Below are positions 17,101 to 25,291 of a DNA stretch of 64,000 nucleotides, in pieces. Both the position numbers and the translations under genes were made by a program. This DNA is from an uncultured Anaerolinea sp. GTDB taxonomy: Bacteria; Chloroflexota; Anaerolineae; Anaerolineales; UBA4823. How positions within the stretch are numbered: position 1 is the stretch's first letter; every line of letters begins with the position of its first letter. Below the pieces are notes generated by a model that worked only from the letters and a program-made list of their open reading frames with translations, was not told where the DNA came from and made no database searches. The stretch lies in the NCBI GenBank assembly GCA_964416275.1, contig CAYQDU010000001.1:6830-70829 (forward strand), written 5' to 3'.

Positions 17101-19959
17101 CCACACGGCCAGGTGGGCTTCTTCGCTGCGCCGGGTTTGCCAGGCGTAGCGGGCCGCCGCCAGGGCCAGCTCGAGCAGGCTGGCGACGATCCACAGGCAG
17201 GCCGGCGCATCCAGCCCGATCTCACCCAGGCGAACCAGGCCGGCGATGAGCAGGCCCAGGCTGCTGGCTCCAGCGGCCCCGGACAGGGCCCGCGGCGGGG
17301 TTAAGCGCCGGTTGGGCGGGGCAAAGGGTCGCTCCAGCCGCCCGGCCAGCCAGATATAGACCAGCGGCAGGCTGCACAGGATGAAGAGGCTGCGCTCGCC
17401 GGGCAGTTTAGCCCACAGCAGCCCAGAGGCCAGGCCAACCGGCAGCAGCAGCCCGCCCGCCAGCAGCCCGACTGGCTGGCGGGCGGCAAACCCGGCGGCG
17501 AAATAGAATCCTGCCAGCAGCAGCAGCGCCAGCGACGGCCAGCCTTCCTGGTAATAATCGAAAGCGTAATACCCGGCCAGCAGCGCCCCGATTTGGGCCG
17601 CCCGACGCCAGGGGCGGGCGTAGGCCGGGCGCTGGCGCCGCATCCAGAGCATGGCCGCCAGTAGCGCCCAGGCTGCCCCGCTCAGGCCCAGGCCGAAGAA
17701 TTCGTCGGGGGAGCGCCGGGCGGTCCAGGCGAAGTAGAAAGCGGCCAGCAGCAGCAGCGCGGCCCAGGTATGGAAAAAGGCGGGGCCCAGGCGCCCGCTC
17801 AGGCTGAAGGCTGCGCGCCGGGCGGGAAGGTTGGGGCGGCCGGCCGTGCGGCGGTCTGGGCGCAGCAGCTCGGCCAGGCCGGGCGGCGCGGCGTGCGCCA
17901 GCCAGGCCAGCCACAGGTTCAGCCCGGCCCAGTTGCCCAGGGCGTAGGCCAGCCCGCCGCGCTCGCTCGCCGTCAGGGGCGGCCCAACGGCCAATCCGCC
18001 GATCAACCAGGCGCACACGAACAGCGGCCTGGCAAAGCCCCCCGCGCCGCGCCCTGCCAGCCATGCCGCCGCGCCCAGGTGCAGGATCGCCAGCAGCGCC
18101 CAGGCCAGCCCCAACTGCACCGGGCTGCCGTGGATGGCGTCGATCCAGCCGGCGGCGGCAGAGAGAAGCAGCAGCCCGGCGGCATAGAGCCAGCCCGGCC
18201 GCCGGCCGAACCGGGCCGCCAGCATAGCCGACCCGGCCAACAGCAGGTGGACCGCGGCCACGACGCTGGCCTGGCGCAACGCCCACAGGCCGGCCGCCAG
18301 CGCCAACAGCCCGGCCAACCGGCCCAGCAGGCGGGCGGCGTAGGCGAGCCGGGCGCCCGGCTCGCTGGCGCGCTCCAGGCGATGGGCCGCCCACAGGTAC
18401 AGCGGCGTGACGGCGGCCAGCCCCAGGGCGCGCCAGGTGGGGGAGCCGTGCAGATGGGCCAGCAGGGCGTCGGCGGTCAGCCAGGCCGCCCAGGGCAGGC
18501 CGAGGGCCGCCGCCCAAATCAGCTCGCGCCGCCGCAGGCGCAGGGCGCTCCAGGCGAACACCGCCCCGGCCAGCCAGCTGGTGAGGGCCTGGGCCAGTCG
18601 TTCGATCTCGTCCAGGGGCGCGGCGGGGATGCGGCGGGTAAGCCCAAAAATCAGCAGCACGCCTGTCCCCAGCACGGCGGTTTGCCAGAAGGGGCGGGCC
18701 AGAACGCGCCACCGCCGGGCCAGCGTTGATCCGCTTGCCGACGAGAGCCAGTCTGCCATCCCGGCCAGGAGCAGCCCTATCGCCCCCAGGAGCGGGGCCC
18801 GCCAGGCCGGGTCGGCCCCGGCGGTTTGCAGCAGGGCCGCGGCCAGGCTGCCCAGGGCCAGGGCCGCCAGATAGCCGAAGAATTCGGCTTGCAGTCGGTA
18901 GACCGTGAACAGGTAGGCGCCCAGGCAGACCAGCGAGGCCAGCAGCCATACTTCCGGCCAGCGCTGGGCGGGAAAACCGCCGGAGAGGTAGAAGGCGTAA
19001 AAGTCCAGCGGGGCCAGCAGCGACGCCACCGCGCTCAGCGCCAGGCCCGATCCGGGCAGCTTCATGCGGGCGCGCACGTACCAGCCCAGGCCGTAAAACA
19101 GGCCGGTGAACCCTGCTAAAAAGGTTACTTGCAGCCAGGGTGGGAAAGCCTGCCAGTTCCACACCACCAGCGAGACGGCCGCCGCAAACAGCAGTCCCGC
19201 CCCCAGGAACAGCAGGGCGTTCAAGGTGCGCTGCGAGAGCAGCGATTCGGATACCTGCTCCCAGGTGAGGGGCGGGCGCAGCGCGGCCGGCCGGGCAGCC
19301 GGGGCTGGCAAAACAGCGGCTGGGGCCGGGGCGGGCGCAGGAACGGCTGCCGCCGGTGGAGCGGCCGCCTGATCCGGCGCAGCCGATACGCGGGCCGCCA
19401 GCCGGGCCAGGTCTTTTTCCAGTTGTCGCAGGTTGGCCTGGTAAGCGCGGGAGTCTAAGATTTGCCCGCTTTGCGCCAGGGTCAGCAGGGCAGCCCGCTG
19501 CGCCTGCCAGTTGGCCTGGGCCTGTTCGATGGGCGGCGGGGTGGGCTGGTCTGGAACGCCGGCGAGCCGATCCTGCAGCCCGGCGATGCGTTCGGCGGCC
19601 GCCTGGCGCAGTTGGCGGGCGGTTTCGGGCGCAATGGCCCGGCTGCGCTGCCAGCGCAGGGCCGCTTCTTGCAGGGCGGTTTGCTCGGCCAGGGTCTGCT
19701 GGGCCTCCAAGGCATCCGCCTCCGAAAGCGGAGCCGGGCGCAGGCCCAGTTCAACTTCCATCTCATGCGCCTGTTGGGCGTAGCGCTGCGCCAGCGCCCG
19801 GCGGTAGCTGGCTGGAACCTCACCCCATCCATCGATTTCGGCCAGCAGGTAGCGCAGCCGATCCAAAGCCTCCAACCGGGCAGGCTCGGCCTGAAAACCG
19901 CAGGTGGGGCATGGCTCTGGCGGATGGATTTCGCTCTGCTGGCAGCCTGGGCAGCGCAC
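14149..19959 (-). CDS. Giant polytopic membrane protein (1936 aa): N-terminal zinc ribbon, helical/coiled-coil region, Ala/Pro linker, roughly 45-50 TM segments
   Basis: 5.8-kb uninterrupted ORF. GTG start 19959 with SD AAGGAG (19967-19972). CPGC-x10-CPTC ribbon. The remainder is a run of about 20-aa hydrophobic segments separated by short R/W/P/G loops (counted by eye). Third codon positions are strongly G/C. Alternative same-strand frames are RPG-rich shadows. Confidence 0.8.
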   Translation of the reverse strand: MRCPGCQQSEIHPPEPCPTCGFQAEPARLEALDRLRYLLAEIDGWGEVPASYRRALAQRYAQQAHEMEVELGLRPAPLSEADALEAQQTLAEQTALQEAALRWQRSRAIAPETARQLRQAAAERIAGLQDRLAGVPDQPTPPPIEQAQANWQAQRAALLTLAQSGQILDSRAYQANLRQLEKDLARLAARVSAAPDQAAAPPAAAVPAPAPAPAAVLPAPAARPAALRPPLTWEQVSESLLSQRTLNALLFLGAGLLFAAAVSLVVWNWQAFPPWLQVTFLAGFTGLFYGLGWYVRARMKLPGSGLALSAVASLLAPLDFYAFYLSGGFPAQRWPEVWLLASLVCLGAYLFTVYRLQAEFFGYLAALALGSLAAALLQTAGADPAWRAPLLGAIGLLLAGMADWLSSASGSTLARRWRVLARPFWQTAVLGTGVLLIFGLTRRIPAAPLDEIERLAQALTSWLAGAVFAWSALRLRRRELIWAAALGLPWAAWLTADALLAHLHGSPTWRALGLAAVTPLYLWAAHRLERASEPGARLAYAARLLGRLAGLLALAAGLWALRQASVVAAVHLLLAGSAMLAARFGRRPGWLYAAGLLLLSAAAGWIDAIHGSPVQLGLAWALLAILHLGAAAWLAGRGAGGFARPLFVCAWLIGGLAVGPPLTASERGGLAYALGNWAGLNLWLAWLAHAAPPGLAELLRPDRRTAGRPNLPARRAAFSLSGRLGPAFFHTWAALLLLAAFYFAWTARRSPDEFFGLGLSGAAWALLAAMLWMRRQRPAYARPWRRAAQIGALLAGYYAFDYYQEGWPSLALLLLAGFYFAAGFAARQPVGLLAGGLLLPVGLASGLLWAKLPGERSLFILCSLPLVYIWLAGRLERPFAPPNRRLTPPRALSGAAGASSLGLLIAGLVRLGEIGLDAPACLWIVASLLELALAAARYAWQTRRSEEAHLAVWLALFSAGLAAAHFSRGSGRSAFLAALLAAAFLLGERALYAYARTPRRPSGGPAWRVFRRPLQTGAWLAAALTLFLSLIRNLAILGGGPLRERWSAAALGTLCGLFALGVYLYRRQPKTALRLAWLASGLAVAPWSLMALQLWRAGRLEAVGYGVAWAMLAVLLLWIGGGMSLGLKGPARLLGRPPQAVAHSLILVGLLLAQARAAWASQGFGLMLVFYLSALVIDLRGGLRSARFLYPAVFAPPLWALARLAIAFPAAPPTLAGLIWLLFVLPGLGLGRWIERRSLPTGARFARPFYTLAYAALGFGLLGLLSQPAALAAGLLFAGLVLGLSAVWFRQTAWVYLAAVTLPLAVMLTLAERLAPREQYGWGLLGVAGLYLIFGFLLDRRPAQAAAAPPFAAQAGRALLIPIFLLIYAGLPFTSFDRRAVQVGYSAAALLCALLAAWRRWPLLLTAAGGLALPPYWSWLLDRGMQPVDYGLGLWPMIAALLGLAHLLEWTNGKATLDDGSALPPWQVILRWWALPLFGLAYLLAAGSALLALSYPDRLPLTLALAALAYGLATAYFRKPAWLLVAGAAAQLALLAGLRWWGLHAGRPPGDWLALAFAPATWLTALAGLAGERRRGEARFSGWSRPLHLLVLADLLITQAVSLRLGPSSAALSLSNGLLIGGFASLWRLPWLAYLPPALGGLALLQRLFTLGAPLADLPPNLALLALGYGLAGYGLRLARRSPARGAMDPRRALWERPLVHAGWLATLAGLAGGLALYVDVPGLAIRVALGTRLVQPADLPNVQRLVSLLAVTGLFLLASATADRRLRLGYASVALLLVAWSLELLLAWGQREAQIYAAPAGVYLLALGYLERRLGSRDLARWVDWAAVILLLGASFWQARGANGGRYALWMGVECLLLAWWGSARRLRRFLYAGVAGLTLDVTAQLIEPLLSANRWIVFAVAGLILVGLAVLIERRLEALKGLSEELRARLEAWE

Positions 19960-19999
19960 CGGGCAACTCCTTGTCCTGGCTTACAGGTTGACTCACCCG

Positions 20000-20005
20000 A
20001 TTATA
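20000..20005 (-). promoter_or_regulatory. Candidate -10 element for the giant membrane protein gene
   Basis: Perfect TATAAT on the minus strand, about 35 nt upstream of the SD/GTG. No convincing -35. Confidence 0.3.
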
Positions 20006-20043
20006 GTGCAAAACGGGCGCTTTTACGCGGGGCAGATTTGCCG

Positions 20044-20105
20044 GCAGCTCCCCGCTCAACTGTGGTGGAGGCGACTGGCAAATCGGCGCCGCAGCCGAAA
20101 ATCTC
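20044..20105. repeat. Partial copy of the dispersed hairpin-module repeat
   Basis: GCAGCTCCCCGCTCAACTGTGGTGGAGGCGACTGGCAAATCGG aligns with 55727-55770 (GCTAGCTCCCCACGCAACCGTGGTGGAGGTGACTGGCAAGCTTGG). Confidence 0.45.
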
Positions 20106-20133
20106 CCATCTTTCTCGTTGCGAAGTCGGCAGG

Positions 20134-22605
20134 TCAGAAAAGGCGGGCCAACCACAGGCGGAACTGGAGCGCCTGCCAGGCGCTGATTGCCTGGCCGGCG
20201 GTTTGCCGGTCGGGCGGGTGTAAGCTGTAGGCCGAGCGGGTATAAGGGTCTACGATGCGGTGGGCCTGGGTGGGCGCGGCGGCCAGGGCGCGGCGCACCC
20301 GGCGACGCAGCCAACCCGTCCAGCGCGCCCCATCGGCCGGCAGGCCTGCCCACCAGACCTGCCACTGAGCGGCGAACTCATAGGGGGTCTGGCCGGGCGG
20401 CTGGGGCAGGGCCAGGCGTTGCCCGGCCCGGCGCAGGCGGATATATACTTCGGCCAGGGCCAGGCCGGGCGGCAAACGGCGCAGGCGCAGCCCGTCGATC
20501 CAGGCGGCCGCGCCGGCGGCCAGGGCCAGCAGGGCGGCTGCGCCGGCCAGCAGGCCCAGCCCGCCGCGCATATAGGGGATGGCGGCCTGGATGGCCGCCC
20601 AGGCCGCGCGCCAGGCCGACCTCAGGCCGCCGCCCGCCGGCCCGGCGGGCGGCCTGGCCGGCAGCGGGGCCGGCGGTTGAAGCGACTGGCTGGGGCGCTC
20701 CAGCGGCGGGCGGGAACTGGTCGGCTCGAAGGCCACCCAGCCCAGGCCGCTGAAGTAGATTTCAGGCCAGGAATGGGCTTCGGCCTCGGTGACGCGGAAG
20801 GCGGGGCGGAGCGGGTTGACGGAGGCGAGCGGAGTTCCTTGTGCGTAGCCAACAACCAGCCGGGAGGGCAGCCCGGCCGCCCGGGCCAGCACCACCATAG
20901 CCGTGGCGTAATAATCGCAGTAGCCCCGCCGCACGCCGAACAAGAAATAGGCGCTCAAATCCTGGTCGGACGGCGGAGCGGGCAGGTCGAGGCTGTAGGG
21001 GTAGCGGCGCAGGAAACGCTCGATGGCTTTGGCCCGGTCATAGGGGGTATCGGCGCTGCCGCCCAGGGCTGCCCCCAGCGAGCGCACCCGCCCCGGCAGG
21101 CTGGCGGGCAGGGCCAGGTAGCGTTCCCTGATCCAGCCGGGAGGCGGATCGAGCGCCCGGCGCAGATCGGCCTCCCCGGCCAGCAGGCGGCGGGCCTGCA
21201 CCCGGTAGGCCCCGCCGGGCGGCGGCTGGGGCAGCCAGGCCCGGAACAGGTCGGCCTCCAACTCCGGCGCGCTGCGCCAGTTGGCGGCAAACGGCTGGTT
21301 GAGGCCGGTCAATTGACCGGCGAAGTAGACCTGCACCGGCTGCGGCTGCCCGGCCGCGTCGAGGGTTGCTGCGCCAGGTAGCTGCACCGTCAGGGTCAGC
21401 GGGGCGGCGGGCCCCGGCAAGGTGGATGAAACCGGCTGGCCGGGCGGATAATCCTCTCGGCGCGTGGGGCTGGTCAGCCAGCCATGCCCGGTGTAGATGT
21501 CGTAAGCGGCGGCGGCCCAATAGAGCGGCGGCGGGCGGCGGGCGTCGATGGTCTGCGGCCCATCATCCACCCTGACCTCCATCACCACCTGCTGGCCCAG
21601 CTCTGGCCCGGCGCCGATCAGGCGGCTGCGGGGCAGGACGCCTGGCAGCGGCGGGGGTGGGGTAGGGGTGGGCGGCGGCTGTAAGCCTAAGGATTGGCTC
21701 AGTTGGGCGTTGGCTTCGGGCGGGGCTTGCAGCAGGCGCTGAAGTGCATCCAGCGTGCCTTGCGGCGAGATGCGGGCCAGCAGATAAGCCAGCGAGATCA
21801 CCCCCAGCACCTGCGCCAGGGTCCACAGGCTCAGATCGAAGGCCAGGCCCTCGGCGCTGTCGATCTGACGGCGCTGCCAATCGGCGCGCTGCTGGTCGAA
21901 TGCCAGCCAGGCCATCAGCCCCAGGGCGGCCCCCAGAGTGGGCAGCAGGTACAGCGGCGAGGCCCGACTGAAGGCCAGGGCGGCGGCCAGCAGCCCGGCG
22001 GCCGGCAGGCTGGCCGCCAGGGCGCTGCGCCGCTGGCGCAACCGCCAGCCGGCCCAGGCCCCGACCGCCCACAGCAGCAGGCCCCACGCCAGGCCGGTCG
22101 CCAGCGGGTCGGCCTGGGCGGCGCTGCGGCCCAGGCCGGTCGCCCAGGCCACGCTGCGCCCGGCCAGCAGGGCCAGGCGCAGGCGCAGATCGTCCAGGGC
22201 GGCCAGAAACGGCCAGGGAGCGGGCAGGGCGGCTCCGGGCCGCCACAGCCAGAGCGCATCCAGCCAGCGCAGCCCGGCCAGCCCGGCCGCCAGCAGGCTG
22301 CCCGCCAGCCGCCCGGTGTGGAGCAGGTTCCACATCAGCCCGGCGACGGCCAGCCACAGGGCGACCCCCACCCCCTCAGCCGGGGCCCGCCTTGAGGCCT
22401 CTCCAGGGGGGGAGATGCGCGCTAGCCACCAGGCCAGCAACGCGCCGAGCAGGGCGCTCAGGGCCAGGGCGTTCTCGTCCAGGGTGGGGGCGGCCTGGCC
22501 CAACCCCAGGGCCACGCTGCCCAACAGCAGACCCAGCAGGCCGCCGCCTACCAGGGGGCCGGGGCCAACTCTGCGCAGCAGCCAGGCCGCCAGGCGCTCG
22601 ATCAT
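20134..22605 (-). CDS. TgpA-like membrane transglutaminase
   Basis: 823-aa ORF with an N-terminal multi-TM region. Transglutaminase core RGYCDYYATAMVVLARAAGLPSRLVVGY ... AHSWPEIY ... WVAFEPT (Cys-His-acidic triad). C-terminal TM. Confidence 0.8.
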   Translation of the reverse strand: MIERLAAWLLRRVGPGPLVGGGLLGLLLGSVALGLGQAAPTLDENALALSALLGALLAWWLARISPPGEASRRAPAEGVGVALWLAVAGLMWNLLHTGRLAGSLLAAGLAGLRWLDALWLWRPGAALPAPWPFLAALDDLRLRLALLAGRSVAWATGLGRSAAQADPLATGLAWGLLLWAVGAWAGWRLRQRRSALAASLPAAGLLAAALAFSRASPLYLLPTLGAALGLMAWLAFDQQRADWQRRQIDSAEGLAFDLSLWTLAQVLGVISLAYLLARISPQGTLDALQRLLQAPPEANAQLSQSLGLQPPPTPTPPPPLPGVLPRSRLIGAGPELGQQVVMEVRVDDGPQTIDARRPPPLYWAAAAYDIYTGHGWLTSPTRREDYPPGQPVSSTLPGPAAPLTLTVQLPGAATLDAAGQPQPVQVYFAGQLTGLNQPFAANWRSAPELEADLFRAWLPQPPPGGAYRVQARRLLAGEADLRRALDPPPGWIRERYLALPASLPGRVRSLGAALGGSADTPYDRAKAIERFLRRYPYSLDLPAPPSDQDLSAYFLFGVRRGYCDYYATAMVVLARAAGLPSRLVVGYAQGTPLASVNPLRPAFRVTEAEAHSWPEIYFSGLGWVAFEPTSSRPPLERPSQSLQPPAPLPARPPAGPAGGGLRSAWRAAWAAIQAAIPYMRGGLGLLAGAAALLALAAGAAAWIDGLRLRRLPPGLALAEVYIRLRRAGQRLALPQPPGQTPYEFAAQWQVWWAGLPADGARWTGWLRRRVRRALAAAPTQAHRIVDPYTRSAYSLHPPDRQTAGQAISAWQALQFRLWLARLF

Positions 22606-22607
22606 GC

Positions 22608-23927
22608 TTACAGTCGCCTCCAGGGCGCGTCTTGGGCGGGGTTGACCACCCGTACCCCGCCGGTGGGGGTGACTTTTAGCTCTGGCCGGCCGCGCCGCCC
22701 CGGCTGCGCCTCCGGACGGTCGAGCAGATCGGGGGTGATGCGCTGGTGAGCGATGCCGCGCTCCGTTAAGAGATTGAGAATTTCTGATTTCTGGTCGCCG
22801 GCTTTAGCCGGATCGAAGGCCGCGGGGTCGAGCAGGAGCAGGGTGGGGATGGCGCCTTTCCACATCAGCGGCAGCAGGGTGGGCAGCCAATCGCCGGAGA
22901 TGTTGGCGGTGATGATGACCAGGCTGGACGGGCCGTTCAGGCTGGCCTCCAGGCCGGCCAGCAGCTCCGCCAGGGGGCGCTCGCCCGGTTCAAGCAGGGC
23001 CAGGGCGCGCAGGATGGCGTAGCGATGAAAATCGCCCTGGCGGGGCGGCAGCCAGGCCAGCGCCTGGCTCTCTGGCAAGCGGGCGGTTGCGCCGCTGGCG
23101 ATCAACCCCACCGCCCGGTTGAGACGCAGACCCCGGTCGGCCAGCGAGGCGGCCAGGATCACGCCATGCTCCTGGGTGGAGCGCGCTCCCTGCCCGGCCT
23201 GGACGGCCCGGTTGGCGTCGAGAATGATCCACCAGTCGCCGGAGGGTGTGCTTTCAAAGGTGCGCACGTAGGGCTTGCCGCGCCGGGCGGTGGTGCGCCA
23301 GTGCATCCAGCGCAGGCTGTCGCCGGGGACGTACTCGCGCACGCTGGCCGCGCTGACGGTGCGCTCGGCCAGGTTGGGGCGCGGGCGGCCCTGCCCGGCC
23401 TTGCCGCCGGGGGCCACCTCGATGTGCGGCAGCGGCACCACCGGCGGCGTAACCATCAACTGCACCGCGTGCGGGTTATGCAGCGTCACCGAGAACAGGC
23501 CCAGCGGGTCGGCGGTGCGCAGGGTGGTAGGGCCAAGGGTGAACAGGCCGCGCCGGGTGCAGGTTACTGTGGTGTGCCAGGCGCTGTGCGAGCCGCCGTC
23601 GGCCCCGGTGGCCTGGCTGGCCTGGCTGCCTGGCAGGGTGGAGTGGTCTTGAATCTCCACCCACAGGGCCGGGGCCAGGCCGCGGTTGAACAGGGTGAAA
23701 CGCTCTTCCAACTGGTCGCCCACCTGGGCCCAGCCAAAGCGCATCTCGCGCTCCAGGTGCAGCCCGCTCGCCAGCGAGCGGGCCCACAGCCAGCTCAGCC
23801 CCAGCGCTCCGCCCAGGCCCAGCAGCAGGAAGCGCCAGCCGGTGTAATCGTCGGCCAGGGCCAGGATCAGCAGCAGCCCAATGAGCAGCAGCAGCGGGCG
23901 GGCGTGACTTTGAATGGATGGTTTCAT
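22608..23927 (-). CDS. DUF58 (vWA-like) protein
   Basis: 439-aa ORF ending 2 nt before the transglutaminase start. Two N-terminal TMs. DUF58 signature REYVPGDSLRWMHWRTTARRGKPYVRTFE. Confidence 0.8.
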   Translation of the reverse strand: MKPSIQSHARPLLLLIGLLLILALADDYTGWRFLLLGLGGALGLSWLWARSLASGLHLEREMRFGWAQVGDQLEERFTLFNRGLAPALWVEIQDHSTLPGSQASQATGADGGSHSAWHTTVTCTRRGLFTLGPTTLRTADPLGLFSVTLHNPHAVQLMVTPPVVPLPHIEVAPGGKAGQGRPRPNLAERTVSAASVREYVPGDSLRWMHWRTTARRGKPYVRTFESTPSGDWWIILDANRAVQAGQGARSTQEHGVILAASLADRGLRLNRAVGLIASGATARLPESQALAWLPPRQGDFHRYAILRALALLEPGERPLAELLAGLEASLNGPSSLVIITANISGDWLPTLLPLMWKGAIPTLLLLDPAAFDPAKAGDQKSEILNLLTERGIAHQRITPDLLDRPEAQPGRRGRPELKVTPTGGVRVVNPAQDAPWRRL

Positions 23928-23993
23928 CGGCGAGGACGAGAAAAAGTGGGCGCCGGGCAGCTGCCCGGCGCGCCTGCCCGGCGGCGAGGGCGC

Positions 23994-25199
23994 TCAGCCC
24001 TGGCGCGCTGTTTTCAGCATTTGCTTCATCTGCTCCAGGTGGGTATTGAAATGCGCCGGCAGCTCGGTAACGGTGTAGGTCAGCCGCCAGAAGGCGCCCT
24101 TGCGTTCCTGCAGTTCCGGCGGCAGATAGGCGATCAGGCTGGCGGTTTCGTGATAGGCGCGCTTCAGTTCGTCTACCAACTCGCTGGCCCCAGGATAGGC
24201 GTCGACCGTGGCCCGCACGGCGGCGTCCAGGTTGCTGCCGAAGTCGTCGGCCCAGCGCTCCTGGCTCTCGGCCATCTCGACTACGAAGGCTTGAAAGCCG
24301 CGCTCGCTGTGGATCAGGTGGGCCAGAATTTCTTTGATGTTCCACTCCTGGGCAGGTTTGCAGGCCGCGTCGGCCTCGCTGACGTTTTGGAACAGCGCAT
24401 TCAATTCGTCGATAAATCTGGCCTGTATTTGCCGCAGGTAGGTTGCAAGGCCTTTGAGCGAAGCCGGGATTTCAGGCAGCGGGCGAGATGAGAGCGTCAG
24501 TTGCAGGGTCAGCTTTTGCGGGCCGCGATAGATCTCTACCGGGATGCGCTCATTAGCCCGGTGGCCGGCCAGGGCGGCGGCCAGGTCGTTAAACGAGCGC
24601 ACTTCGCGCCCGGCCAGCCCCACGATCACATCATTCGGCAGCAGACCGGCCGCCGCAGCCCCCATGCCCTGCACCACGCTTTCGATGCGCACCCCGCTTG
24701 TCGCCGGAACGCCCAACTCGGCGGCCTGAGCGGGGGTAAAGTCGTTCAGGTTGACGCCCAGCATCGGGCGGCGGGTGAAGCGTTCGTCTTCCCCGGTTTC
24801 CAGCACCGAGGCCAGGTTCTCCAGGCTGTCGCGCCAGCCTTTTTCAATCTCCTGCACGGTGCGGGTCCATTCCTGATCGTCTTCCGGCAGGGCGTGTTCC
24901 AGGATCACCCGCACGCCGCCTTCCTGGATCTGGCAGGTCACCCTCACCTGGCTGCGGGCCGGGTCGTCGCGGCCGTACCAGACGAAGTCCACTTCCTGCC
25001 CCGCCTCGACGCTGGTGTACTCGCCGCTGGCGTAGTAGCCGCTGTTCCAGGCCAGATACATCCGCCCGCCAGGGCGCGGATCAACCGTTGCGATGTCGCA
25101 CAGCCATTCGCGCAGCGCGCTGGCGTTGGTGAAGGCCCGGCAAACCTGTTCCGGGGTGGCCCGGATGTATTGCTCGAAGGTGAGAACACGGGTAGACAT
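23994..25199 (-). CDS. SRPBCC(AHSA1-like)-PDZ-DinB triple-domain protein
   Basis: N-terminus YIRATPEQVCRAFTNASALREWLCD...GGRMYLAW (SRPBCC/AHSA1-like). Middle LGVNLNDF...GVRIESVVQGMGAAAAGLLPNDVIVGLAGREV (PDZ). C-terminus WNIKEILAHLIHSERGF...HFNTHLEQM (DinB-like four-helix His pattern). Confidence 0.65.
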   Translation of the reverse strand: MSTRVLTFEQYIRATPEQVCRAFTNASALREWLCDIATVDPRPGGRMYLAWNSGYYASGEYTSVEAGQEVDFVWYGRDDPARSQVRVTCQIQEGGVRVILEHALPEDDQEWTRTVQEIEKGWRDSLENLASVLETGEDERFTRRPMLGVNLNDFTPAQAAELGVPATSGVRIESVVQGMGAAAAGLLPNDVIVGLAGREVRSFNDLAAALAGHRANERIPVEIYRGPQKLTLQLTLSSRPLPEIPASLKGLATYLRQIQARFIDELNALFQNVSEADAACKPAQEWNIKEILAHLIHSERGFQAFVVEMAESQERWADDFGSNLDAAVRATVDAYPGASELVDELKRAYHETASLIAYLPPELQERKGAFWRLTYTVTELPAHFNTHLEQMKQMLKTARQG

Positions 25200-25291
25200 A
25201 GAAACTCCTTTCAGCGGGTCTGACGGGTATCAACCGGGGCAGCCCGGGGCGGCAAGGCTCAGGCCCATTAGCTGGGCCGCGGCAAAGCGCC

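Noticed and set aside
14294-19162. Same-strand alternative-frame ORFs inside the giant membrane protein gene (14294-16366, 690 aa; 17408-19162, 584 aa)
   Set aside because: RPG-rich out-of-frame translations. Only the 1936-aa frame is continuous over 5.8 kb, shows TM-helix periodicity and has an SD-led start.
14149-19959. Possibility that the 1936-aa ORF is itself a compositional artefact
   Set aside because: An uninterrupted 5.8-kb frame with G/C-biased third positions, a structured non-repetitive N-terminus (zinc ribbon, coiled coil), an SD plus GTG start and ATGA coupling to the next gene is hard to obtain by chance. Kept as a CDS but flagged for verification.
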